Below are positions 44,879 through 53,989 of a DNA stretch of 64,000 nucleotides, piece by piece (position 1 is the stretch's first letter; every line of letters starts with the position of its first letter). Position numbers and translations under genes: made by a program. The stretch covers positions 1,579 to 65,578 of the IMG/VR virus record IMGVR_UViG_3300032397_000002, one strand, 5' to 3'. The notes beneath the pieces were generated by a model that had not been told where the DNA came from, did not search any database, and worked only from the letters and a program-made list of their open reading frames with translations. The stretch comes from a virus.

Positions 44879-47800
44879 ATGTCCATGATAATCGATGGCG
44901 TATTCGCCTCTGAGGCGATTGATTCCAGTGGGGAAATCCTGGACGTAGAGGGCTGCGACATCAGTGACATGGAGCAGGGTTCTGGAGTCCTCAACTGGGA
45001 GCACCGAGGCGACGACGCCGCCGGCGCAAGTGCCAACGACATCATCGGCAAGGTGGTCTTCTGCAAGAAGATTTTTGGGCCCGAGGACTGTACCGACAGC
45101 CGCCAGCTGGAGTACTGGCAGAAGATACAACTCCCAATGATTTACGGTATTTGCAGGCTCTTTGATGGTTCGGGGCACCCAGGCGCCATCGCAGCTGCAG
45201 CCATGATTCGCGACTACCAGAAGAATGGCGAGCCCTTGCTCATCCGGTACAGCATCGAGGGCACCACCCTGGAGAAGGAGAAGGGCGGCAACCGGCTCCT
45301 GCGCTCCATTGCTCGTCGTGTCGCGGCTACCATTAAGCCCTGCAACAAGTCTTGTCACTCTGGCGTCATCGCTGACCCCAACGACCCCACGGTCAAGAAG
45401 CAAGAGCACGCCCACCCGAACTTCACCCCGCTGGGTGGCTCGATGGAGTGGGAAGGCAAGCCGGAGATCGACTCGCCTGAGATTCGCAAGGCTCTGGAGG
45501 CCGGCAACTACAATTCCGCCCCTGGCACCCTTACCGGTGGCTCAGCTCTGCAGCGGGAAGATGCTGGCCTGCGCAACCGCGTCAAGGCGGCTGTGCGGGA
45601 CTGGGACCGCAAGACCCCGTTCAGGAAGTTCCTCAAGCACCGCCTGCCAGAGGCCAGTGATGGCTTCATTGACCGTTTCGCCGACCTGGTCCACGACTAT
45701 ACCGTCAAGAAGGCTCTGAAGGAGACCGTCAGAGAATACTTGGTGAAGAAAATCGTCGAGAAAGCCAAGGCGGCACCAAAAGCCAAGGCGTCAAAGCCGG
45801 CACCAGAGCCCAAGGCAGCAAAGGCCCCCAAGGCAGCAAAGCCGGCACCGGCACCAGCACCTGAGCCGGAATCCGATGTTGAAGTCGAGTCCGATGGCCC
45901 TCTGACTATCAAGGGCAAGCCTGTCCAGCTGAACCCCGGCATCGAGAAGCCCCACTTCGACGAGAACACCGGCGTACTCCACACTCCCAGGGGCAGCTTC
46001 CCTCTGTACATCCCCAGCCGGGACAGAGACACCGCAGATGCAGGCCAGAAGTTCGCCAACATCATGGCTGACCCGAAGGTCGAGAAGTTCCATGACTACG
46101 CCATGGAGAACTGGGCCAAGGTTCACCAGCATCTGAAGGCCGGCACACTGCCTCCAGAGGTCGTGATGCACGGAGTGCTCTTCAGCCAGTTGAGCCCGAA
46201 CACTCCGGTGCCCATGCAGGAGATGATGTACGCCCACCTCGTGGACAGCATGAAGGCCACCGGTGCAGACCCACGACAGCCCGGCTTCAGCGACAAGCTC
46301 AAGCAGGACTGGTTCAATCGTGACCAGCCCCAGAAGTTCCCTGACCACAGCCCGGAACACTGGGCCCGCTTGGGTGACCAGCTTCGTAACAAAATCGACT
46401 CGAAGCTCACTGGCCGCAAGGCTGGCGAGATCGGCGGCTTCATGCTCGCCAACAACAAGATGAAGAACATGGACCAGTACCATTCTCTTCACAACTCCCT
46501 GACGGAGCTGATTGGTCGCCACCGTGCTGATGCTCGCTCTGGTGTTGAAGAACTGATGCACCACAAGACCCAGGCTGGCAATTGGGAGAACAAGCGCCGT
46601 CTCCGAACAGAGAAAGGCCAGACTGACATTGGACCTTACACGGCAGGCCCCAGTGTTCCCGGCCTTGCAACCAAGACGGCCCGCTACACCTACGGCATGT
46701 TGGGCGGTGGCAATGTCACCGTGCCAGATACCCACTTCAGCCGCTACCTCTTTGGTCTTGACAAGCGCCAGGATGGGGCCACCATCCGACACCTCCGCAA
46801 TGAGGTGCTCTGGAACCCCAACAACGCCCACATCATGGGTGCCATCGACCGGTACTACGGCCAGCACCACGATGCCGTCAAGCACATGCTCCAGCACCCT
46901 CGGTGGGGGCACCTCTTCAAGGACAACCCCGAAGACGCCATCTTCCCAGCTTTCTGGAAGAACTGGGTCGGCATTGTCCCCCATGAGGCAAGCCGAGGCA
47001 TGAAGACTGGTGGCTTCAACGAGGCCACCGACCACCGTCCCTTCTGGGACGCTGTGGGTCCGTACATGAACAAGTCCGAGACTGGGATTGACACCAACCT
47101 GGCCGCTCAGACCGCGAAAACCCATGCGCAATGGGTTGAAAAATACGGCGAGATGCCGGCCCTCCTGATGTACTTCCACTACCTGGTGCCTCAGCTCTTG
47201 GCGTCCAGCGAGAAGGCAGCGAAGGCGCAACAGATTGTCAAGTTCGAGGAAGCGGCCATCGAGCTGTCGAAGGCAGACAGCATCACCCCGAGAGATCTCC
47301 AAGGGAATCGAATCCCAGCTTCGCAGGCTCCAGCGGCAGCTCCACGCCCCGAGGTGGCCTTTGACCCGAAGGTGGCTGAAGCCGCAAGACAGAGGGAAAA
47401 TCCGAAGTACAGGAATCTCGACGAAATCCCCGAGACGGTGCAGTTTGGCGGCAAGACCGTCAAGCCTGGCCACGGCTACATCCCTGGCGGGAAGCAGATG
47501 GCCTTCTTTGGCGCCACCCCTGAGCATCTCATCGGCGTTCCCCGCAACAAGGCTCAGTCCTGGACCACCGAGGACCTGATGAAGATCCCCAGGGCCAGCG
47601 GCGCGAGCGTCCAGCGGTACCCCGAGGAACTGGCGGCTCCCAGCATTGTCAGCCACGCTGTCCATGGCGTGCCTGAGTACACCCACCACGACGACGTTCG
47701 CAACCTGGTCGACGGGCTCGACTTCGATGCCGAGAAACAGGCGAGCTTCTCTGGCATCAACCAGGCGCAGAGCTTCTGGACCGTGAACAAGGGCCACAAG

Positions 47801-48571
47801 GTCTACGTCAAGGCCAACCACGACGAGAGCGACTTCGACGAGCCCAGCCGAGAAGGTCTGTACCACAACCTAGCCAGAGATTTCTTCGGCATGGGCAAGT
47901 ACGTGACCCCGACGGGAGTCGTGCTGCACCCTCGCACTGGCCAGAAGCATGCGGTCATCGAGAATGTTGCTGGTGGTGAGCACCTGGATACCGAGAATCC
48001 CGAGCACAAGCAGACCATGCAAAACCTCATGGCCAGTGGCGAGCTGCACAAGATGACCATGATGAACGTCATCGCAGCCAACCATGACCGGCACCGTGGC
48101 AACTTCATGATGACTCCTGGGGGCCTGAAACTCATCGACCATGGCTACGCCTTCGCTGACAAGGACCTCCATGCGACCCCTACCCCGGACTACATCAAGT
48201 ACCACGACCTGATGACGGCTTCTCCGAATGACCCGAGGGACCTGGCCAGCATCGAGGCAAAGCTCCGCTTCCACCCTGAAGCAGCGAAGTGGCTCCAGGC
48301 GCTGGACCCCCAGCAGCTTGACATGCAGATGCGGCGCCACGGTGTGCCAGAGAGGTACGTTGATGAGGCCCGCCGCCGGCTTGTCGCCCTCCAGCACGAG
48401 AGCCGCGACCCCAAGGCAACCATCGTTTCGATGATGCGGGCTCCCTTCCACACCGCGTGGGTGCCACCGGAAGAGCGAAAAGGCCCCAAGCCCTCCAGCT
48501 CTGACTCCCAGTCCGATGTCTCGCCTCCACGTGGCGCCCCTGGACAAAAACCTCAAGGTAAGGTAGGGTAA
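44879..48571 (+). CDS. Prohead protease polyprotein: protease, HhH-GPD-like domain and HipA/PI3K-like kinase
   Basis: IDGVFASEAIDSSGE, NWEH, YSIEG, PCN (protease); LSPNTP, GLATKTARY, VPDTHFSR; YVK, DRHRGN, IDHG; AGGAG SD. Confidence 0.8.
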   Translation: MSMIIDGVFASEAIDSSGEILDVEGCDISDMEQGSGVLNWEHRGDDAAGASANDIIGKVVFCKKIFGPEDCTDSRQLEYWQKIQLPMIYGICRLFDGSGHPGAIAAAAMIRDYQKNGEPLLIRYSIEGTTLEKEKGGNRLLRSIARRVAATIKPCNKSCHSGVIADPNDPTVKKQEHAHPNFTPLGGSMEWEGKPEIDSPEIRKALEAGNYNSAPGTLTGGSALQREDAGLRNRVKAAVRDWDRKTPFRKFLKHRLPEASDGFIDRFADLVHDYTVKKALKETVREYLVKKIVEKAKAAPKAKASKPAPEPKAAKAPKAAKPAPAPAPEPESDVEVESDGPLTIKGKPVQLNPGIEKPHFDENTGVLHTPRGSFPLYIPSRDRDTADAGQKFANIMADPKVEKFHDYAMENWAKVHQHLKAGTLPPEVVMHGVLFSQLSPNTPVPMQEMMYAHLVDSMKATGADPRQPGFSDKLKQDWFNRDQPQKFPDHSPEHWARLGDQLRNKIDSKLTGRKAGEIGGFMLANNKMKNMDQYHSLHNSLTELIGRHRADARSGVEELMHHKTQAGNWENKRRLRTEKGQTDIGPYTAGPSVPGLATKTARYTYGMLGGGNVTVPDTHFSRYLFGLDKRQDGATIRHLRNEVLWNPNNAHIMGAIDRYYGQHHDAVKHMLQHPRWGHLFKDNPEDAIFPAFWKNWVGIVPHEASRGMKTGGFNEATDHRPFWDAVGPYMNKSETGIDTNLAAQTAKTHAQWVEKYGEMPALLMYFHYLVPQLLASSEKAAKAQQIVKFEEAAIELSKADSITPRDLQGNRIPASQAPAAAPRPEVAFDPKVAEAARQRENPKYRNLDEIPETVQFGGKTVKPGHGYIPGGKQMAFFGATPEHLIGVPRNKAQSWTTEDLMKIPRASGASVQRYPEELAAPSIVSHAVHGVPEYTHHDDVRNLVDGLDFDAEKQASFSGINQAQSFWTVNKGHKVYVKANHDESDFDEPSREGLYHNLARDFFGMGKYVTPTGVVLHPRTGQKHAVIENVAGGEHLDTENPEHKQTMQNLMASGELHKMTMMNVIAANHDRHRGNFMMTPGGLKLIDHGYAFADKDLHATPTPDYIKYHDLMTASPNDPRDLASIEAKLRFHPEAAKWLQALDPQQLDMQMRRHGVPERYVDEARRRLVALQHESRDPKATIVSMMRAPFHTAWVPPEERKGPKPSSSDSQSDVSPPRGAPGQKPQGKVG

Positions 48572-48575
48572 GCTC

Positions 48576-49805
48576 ATGGAAGGCCTTCAAAACCTGTATC
48601 TTCTCTGTCAGATTCACCCCCATGGGGATGAGCTGCACACGACCGTCATTGGCAAGTTCTACCTCGACAGCGAGCACTTCGAAGTCCTTGAAGACCACGT
48701 TGGCTGGTTGGGTGACCTGCAGAAGCAAAGCCCAGCAGAGGCCTCTCGCGTCATTTGGCGCCTGGCCAATAGCATGTACTACAAGGTCGTCAACATGGAG
48801 GACATGCGCCAGGGGAAGCATCCTGAGCTTATCAACGAGGAGCCCATACCCCCAACGGCCGGTCCAGAATCCCGTTTTGAGTACCACCGGGTAGGAATGC
48901 CTGAAGCGCAGCTCGTGGAGTTCCACGAAGGCAAGGCGTACCTCGATGGCCACCCGCTGTCACCCCAGGACCTACAGCATATGCTTGACAACGTACAAGC
49001 TGGTTCTGCTACTCTCGGATACAAGCAGGCAGAAGATGACCTGCAGAAGTCCGAGGAGTTCTATATGACGTTGGCCAAGGTTGAACCACATCTCGACGCA
49101 GCCCTTCAGGGTCTCCGAGCAGCAGTCAAGGCGGGGCATGTACACCCTGACGTGCTCAAGCACCTCACCGGGGAGATTTTCACTGACTCGATGGTGAAGG
49201 GCATGGGCAACAAGAAGGCCTACATGGACTTTCTCAGCCGGCCCAAGCAGGGCGTCCACATCCGCATGGACGGGAACGATTTCGGTGGCATCAACAAGGT
49301 CCATGGCTTCGAGACTGGCAACAAGGCCATCACCGCCCTGGGCGGTGCAGTGCGCGAGGCCATGGATGAGGCTGTTGGTAGAGCCAACGGCAAGGCGTTT
49401 CGTATCGGTGGAGACGAGTTCCATGCCTTCGTGCCATCTCACGAGCATGCAGCTCAATTTGCCAGGGCTCTTCGTCAGAAGCTGGAGGCTATCCCTGCTG
49501 TCGGTGGTACCCACAACCTGAGCATGAGCCTTGGTTTCGGGCACACACCAGACCACGCAGAGCTGGCCATGATAAATGCCAAGGGTGCCAAGAAAGCCAG
49601 TGGTGCCAAGCCTGGTCAGGCCAAGACCCACGCAGCCTCACAGGTGCCTGGGTACGAGGGACTCATTCCCACCGGTGCAGATCAACTGCCCCTGAAGCAG
49701 ATTCCTGAGGCACCGGCACCCGTCGCTCCGGCACCAATCAAGACACCAGAGCAGCCCTCAACGCCGACGTCGATTCACCCGCCGGCGCTTGGGAAGCCTA
49801 CCTAA
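48576..49805 (+). CDS. GGDEF-domain (diguanylate cyclase family) protein
   Basis: TDSMVKGMGN, MDGNDFGGINKVHG..TGN, FRIGGDEF, SMSLG. Confidence 0.88.
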   Translation: MEGLQNLYLLCQIHPHGDELHTTVIGKFYLDSEHFEVLEDHVGWLGDLQKQSPAEASRVIWRLANSMYYKVVNMEDMRQGKHPELINEEPIPPTAGPESRFEYHRVGMPEAQLVEFHEGKAYLDGHPLSPQDLQHMLDNVQAGSATLGYKQAEDDLQKSEEFYMTLAKVEPHLDAALQGLRAAVKAGHVHPDVLKHLTGEIFTDSMVKGMGNKKAYMDFLSRPKQGVHIRMDGNDFGGINKVHGFETGNKAITALGGAVREAMDEAVGRANGKAFRIGGDEFHAFVPSHEHAAQFARALRQKLEAIPAVGGTHNLSMSLGFGHTPDHAELAMINAKGAKKASGAKPGQAKTHAASQVPGYEGLIPTGADQLPLKQIPEAPAPVAPAPIKTPEQPSTPTSIHPPALGKPT

Positions 49806-50099
49806 GCAGTCCTTACATGTTCTCTTGTGTCCGTAGAACTGCAGGCTAGCTGCCAGCAGGTTCCGGCACTTGTTGCATTGCCTAAGTCCCTGAATTTCAT
49901 TGCAGCTTTGACACCGGCCATTCTTGTCCAGGCGTCGATGCTCTGAGCAGATGCCGCAAGGCACTGGATATTTCTTCGCGAAGTAGGCACGGCTACGGCA
50001 GGCCTCGCATTGGCTCATGCGGCCACCGGGGCCACGGTCTGGCCTCTCGTGAAAGTCACTCAATGGCTTGGGTAGGCCGCAGAGGCTGCATTGCTTCAT
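49758..50099 (-). CDS. Multi-Zn-finger protein
   Basis: KQCSLCGLPKPLSDF...CEAC and further CxxC pairs. Confidence 0.55.
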   Translation of the reverse strand: MKQCSLCGLPKPLSDFHERPDRGPGGRMSQCEACRSRAYFAKKYPVPCGICSEHRRLDKNGRCQSCNEIQGLRQCNKCRNLLAASLQFYGHKRTCKDCLGRLPKRRRVNRRRR

Positions 50100-50200
50100 G
50101 TCTGCAAGATTACTGCTTGCCACTTTTTTGCTCCCAGACTGCCGCAATCTACCAGTTGAACGACTTTCCCAACCCCCTTTGTTTCTGAGGAGAATCCACA

Positions 50201-50647
50201 ATGGCTCAATCGTACAAGTCCCAAGCTCTCGCTGCTGAACTCCGTGACGCGCTTCTGAAGCGTTTCGCAACCGTGTCGGCAATTCTGTTTGACACCGATG
50301 GTTCGCCGTACCTGCTCGTCGGAGCCGGCACCGCAGGCTCGCAGTCCGCACTCGTGAAGGTCAGCGCTGAGCAGCCGCTCGGTGTGGACGGCCTGGGCAT
50401 GACCCCCCGCGCTTTCTCGCCGCACGTGATGCAGGTGGTTCTGGAGACCAGCACCATCGCCAACGTGGCTCTCATGACTGAGGCCAACAAGCTCGCCCTG
50501 ATGGGTGAGGTTGAGAAGTGGGGCACCAAGATCGAGCTGTACATGAGCGCAAACACCAATGCAGTTGGGCCCGAGGACATTGTCAGCGGCAACCTGAAGG
50601 CAACCTGGGAAATCGCACTCAAGTGGCGGTCGATGTCGAACGCTTAA
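50201..50647 (+). CDS. Putative head structural protein
   Basis: GAGGAG SD, strong codon bias, upstream of scaffold and MCP. Confidence 0.65.
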   Translation: MAQSYKSQALAAELRDALLKRFATVSAILFDTDGSPYLLVGAGTAGSQSALVKVSAEQPLGVDGLGMTPRAFSPHVMQVVLETSTIANVALMTEANKLALMGEVEKWGTKIELYMSANTNAVGPEDIVSGNLKATWEIALKWRSMSNA

Positions 50648-50689
50648 TCAGAAGCGAGGTCAACTTCTGACAGGCATGGAGACACGACA

Positions 50690-51646
50690 ATGACGATGAA
50701 AATCAAAGAATCAGAGCTGAAGGCCCTACTGGAGGAAGTCGCAAACGACCTCTCCAAGGCATTCGAGTCCGAGAAGGACAAGCTCGTGAAGGCAGAAGAG
50801 GTCGAAAAATCGGCCCTCGCCAAGGACGACGCACCAGGTGAGGAATCCCCTGGTGAGCCGCCTGCGGCTGATGCCTCCGCTCCCCCGGACGCTTCTGCTG
50901 CCCCCTCCCCCGAGGAAGGCAGTGAGAGTGCTCCTCCCGCTTCACCTGACGCTTCGGCTTCCCCCGACGGCGCTCCCTCACCGGACGCTGCGATGGATCC
51001 AGCCGCAGATGCGTCGGCAGCTCTGACCCCTGAGGTTCTGCAGGCAGAGTACTCGAAGTTGGCTCCTGAGGAGCTGGACATGCACATCAAGGCAGCACTG
51101 GCGGCGAAGGCTGCTGTTGCTGGCGCACCGGATGCTTCGGCTGGCGCACCTCCGATGGCTCCACCGGATGCTTCGGCACCCCCGATGGCACCCCCGGCGG
51201 GCCCTTCTGCACCTCCCGCACCTGGCGCACCCCCGTTGGACCCGATGGCCCTCAAGTCTGAGGTGCCGGCTGGAAATCTGAAGGCGAATGGTGGGCAAAT
51301 CAAGGGCGCATCGCTCGGCAAGTCCGAAGGCGAGAAGCGCCATGACGATGAGATTGAAGCCCTCAAGGCTTTGGTCAAGTCGCAGGCCGAAGACACCGAA
51401 AACCTGGCGAAGGTTCTCAAGGCAGTCCTTGAGCAGCCCCTCCGCAAGGCCGTGACGAGCGTCTCGCATCTCCCGAAGGTGGAGACCGAGAAGGCGCCTC
51501 TCACGAAGGCGAGCATCAATGCACGCCTGAAGGAACTGTCGCAGAAGCCGGACTTGAAGAAGTCCGACAGGCAGTTGATCAATGACTTCTACGATGGGCG
51601 GGTCAGGGCTGATGCTCTTGCTCCTCTCTTCGAGGACTACAAGTAA
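50690..51646 (+). CDS. Putative capsid scaffolding protein
   Basis: Pro/Ala/Asp-rich with helical segments, immediately before MCP. Confidence 0.65.
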   Translation: MTMKIKESELKALLEEVANDLSKAFESEKDKLVKAEEVEKSALAKDDAPGEESPGEPPAADASAPPDASAAPSPEEGSESAPPASPDASASPDGAPSPDAAMDPAADASAALTPEVLQAEYSKLAPEELDMHIKAALAAKAAVAGAPDASAGAPPMAPPDASAPPMAPPAGPSAPPAPGAPPLDPMALKSEVPAGNLKANGGQIKGASLGKSEGEKRHDDEIEALKALVKSQAEDTENLAKVLKAVLEQPLRKAVTSVSHLPKVETEKAPLTKASINARLKELSQKPDLKKSDRQLINDFYDGRVRADALAPLFEDYK

Positions 51647-51676
51647 CACCACAAGGATTCAGAGGAGAACAAACAA

Positions 51677-53068
51677 ATGGCTACTGAAGTGACGCAAGCA
51701 CTGCTCAAGGCTCTCGAAGCCGGCAACTACAACCAGGCTCCCAGCACTCTCGTGCAGGGTGGCTCCCTCCAGATTGAGGATCTCTCGCCGGTCATGCACA
51801 ACGTGACCTTCGACGATTCGCACATCAAGCTCCAGAAGATGGTCAAGGTGGACAGCTGCAAGTCGACCCTGGCGCAGTTCAACCGTCAGCTCAGCTACGG
51901 TGTCTTCGGCGGGTCGGCTCAGCTCGAAGGCGCAGTTGGCCAGGAAGAGACGAGCGACTTCGTGCGTATCGTGGTTGCGATGGCGTACTACTCGCACATT
52001 CGCCGGGTTTCAATCGTGGCGAACATGGTCGACACTGCCGATGGCGTGAAGGCTGAAGAGCGGGCAGCGTCTGACGCGGCCAAGAAGCTCGCAGCTGACA
52101 TCGAGTTCGATCTGTTCCGTGGCAAGGCTGACTTCTCGAACGGTGGTCTGTTCGACGGCAACCAGCTCGCCATCCCGGGTCTCCCCTCGATGCTCGGCCT
52201 CGATGCCCAGATTCGTCAGTCGGACTCGGAGCGCAATGCTACCGACCTGATGTTCGGCGAGTACGGCAGCGACGACACCGTGGTCATCAGCGGTGGCGGC
52301 ACCCTCAGCCAGGACATGATTGAGGACGCCAGCGTGCGTTCGGCCATGAACCTCGGCTCGGCGGACAAGCTCCTGGTGGACCCCAAGGTCCTCTCGGCGT
52401 ACAACAAGATCAGCTTCGGCAAGGAGCGCATCGTGCTGGCAGGTTCGGCACAGGATGCAACCGGCGCCGAGCTTCGCAAGCAGTGGGTCAGCAACGGTGT
52501 TGTCGGTCTTGAGGCCTCGCGCTTCCTGTCTGGCAAGACCCGCCCCTCGGCTGCACGCAGCAATGGTCCCTCTGCACCGACCATCGCGAGCACCACCCCG
52601 TCAGGCGCAAGCACCAGTCTCGCACTGGGCACCTACGTGTGGTACGTGACCTCTGTCAACGAGCTGGGTGAGTCGCCGAAGTCGGCTGCTGCATCGCAGG
52701 CTTGCTCGGCTGGCGACCAGGTCACCGTGGCCATCACGCCCCCGGGCACTGGCACTGTGCGCTTCTTCAATGTGTACCGCTCGGCAGCGGGTGGGTCGGC
52801 AGCATCGGCTCGCTTCATCGGCCGCGTGTCCTACACCGGCGCAAGCCCCACGAACTTCGTGGACCTGAACAACAAGCGGCCTGGTTTCGTGACCGGCTTC
52901 CTGGTTCAGGGCGACACCATGGCCATGAAGGAGCTGTCTCCCTACAGCCGCCTCAAGCTGGCTGTGTCGGACCTCAGCATTCCTGAGGCGCACTTCCGAT
53001 TCTGCACCCTGGCTGTTCACGAGCCCCGCAAGAACGTGCTCATCGACAACCTTGTCGGCAGCTTCTAA
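51677..53068 (+). CDS. Major capsid protein (SPO1/Twort-like, with FN3-like insert)
   Basis: KALEAG...GSLQIEDL, IEFDLFRG, Y.WYVTSVNELGES, NVYR; strong SD and terminator. Confidence 0.88.
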   Translation: MATEVTQALLKALEAGNYNQAPSTLVQGGSLQIEDLSPVMHNVTFDDSHIKLQKMVKVDSCKSTLAQFNRQLSYGVFGGSAQLEGAVGQEETSDFVRIVVAMAYYSHIRRVSIVANMVDTADGVKAEERAASDAAKKLAADIEFDLFRGKADFSNGGLFDGNQLAIPGLPSMLGLDAQIRQSDSERNATDLMFGEYGSDDTVVISGGGTLSQDMIEDASVRSAMNLGSADKLLVDPKVLSAYNKISFGKERIVLAGSAQDATGAELRKQWVSNGVVGLEASRFLSGKTRPSAARSNGPSAPTIASTTPSGASTSLALGTYVWYVTSVNELGESPKSAAASQACSAGDQVTVAITPPGTGTVRFFNVYRSAAGGSAASARFIGRVSYTGASPTNFVDLNNKRPGFVTGFLVQGDTMAMKELSPYSRLKLAVSDLSIPEAHFRFCTLAVHEPRKNVLIDNLVGSF

Positions 53069-53101
53069 GCTGTAGTCGTAGGAAAGTCGTCGTAAGTTCA
53101 A

Positions 53102-53134
53102 GAAGAGCCCGGTAACCCCGGGCTCTTCCTTTTT
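53102..53134 (+). terminator. Rho-independent terminator after MCP
   Basis: GAAGAGCCCGG-TAACC-CCGGGCTCTTC followed by CTTTTT. Confidence 0.85.
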
Positions 53135-53294
53135 GTGCTCTTGAGACATCTCTTGCAGATGTACCCGACGCCAGACCAATCGACGGTCGTCTCCCAGACG
53201 TGTCTCCCAAGCAGACCGCAGATCGCCTGGGGCAGCGTCAAGCGCCACCAGATTCGAAGCCTGTAGGCCTTCCTGATGCGCCAGAGAGCGAAGC

Positions 53295-53525
53295 TCATCG
53301 CATGATTCCCAGCCGGCGCTGCACTCTGCCCCGCTCACCGTAGCGGTTCTTCAGGACCTCGGTCTCGCCGGTGGTCAGGTTGACGGACACGACCATTTCC
53401 GCTCTGTGGAATTTCTCATAGCTGAAGAGATGGAACCTGGCACTCTGCCGGCCCTTCAGCTCCACGTCCACGACCTCAGACGTGCCATCGGGGTACATTG
53501 CCATCAGCCTGGTGTTGGGATTCAT
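53295..53525 (-). CDS. Hypothetical protein
   Basis: Chain of overlapping small ORFs. Confidence 0.55.
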   Translation of the reverse strand: MNPNTRLMAMYPDGTSEVVDVELKGRQSARFHLFSYEKFHRAEMVVSVNLTTGETEVLKNRYGERGRVQRRLGIMR

Positions 53526-53719
53526 TCAGCCCTCGCCAGGACCTTCCGGCCCTCGAAAGTGATACTGGCCATCATGTGGGGCCAGAGCCCCCTGAGCATG
53601 AAGACCCTCTTCTCGACATGAAGACGGTGAGCAAGGTCAAGCTCTTCGGGAGCCAGGGCACGCAGGCTTCCGTCAACGGGGAGGGACCTCAGGAACTCGA
53701 TTTCAGTCTTGGGCATCAT
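53522..53719 (-). CDS. Hypothetical protein
   Basis: Chain of overlapping small ORFs. Confidence 0.5.
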   Translation of the reverse strand: MMPKTEIEFLRSLPVDGSLRALAPEELDLAHRLHVEKRVFMLRGLWPHMMASITFEGRKVLARAE

Positions 53720-53731
53720 GCGGGCACCCTA

Positions 53732-53989
53732 TCACAGGCCGAGGGACTTCTGCAAGCGCTGCTTCTTGGCCAGGAGCATGGCCCTGTACTCAGTGGCGTG
53801 GGCATCGTTGGCGTAGTACGGCGCGAACTCCTCGACCATCTGCTCGAAGTGCTTCGCCAGGTAGTGGTAGTCGAAGTGGTCCCAGTCCCAGACCGCCTTC
53901 TCGTCGAAGGGGTTGTGCTCGAAGGAACACCAGCCACAACAACTCGGTGGGTAGGGCTCCAGGCCGATTGGATACTCGTACTGGCTCAT
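53732..53989 (-). CDS. Hypothetical protein
   Basis: GGAGGA SD, ATGA-coupled. Confidence 0.55.
   Translation of the reverse strand: MSQYEYPIGLEPYPPSCCGWCSFEHNPFDEKAVWDWDHFDYHYLAKHFEQMVEEFAPYYANDAHATEYRAMLLAKKQRLQKSLGL

Noticed and set aside
45488-45562. DGR template/variable repeat pair with the MCP 5' end
   Set aside because: Differences are not adenine-specific and no reverse transcriptase is present
48576-49805. Cas10/type III CRISPR polymerase
   Set aside because: Motif is GGDEF with DGC-type flanks, not GGDD; no HD domain or cas context
49758-50099. HNH homing endonuclease
   Set aside because: Only Zn-finger repeats; no HNH or Endo VII catalytic motif
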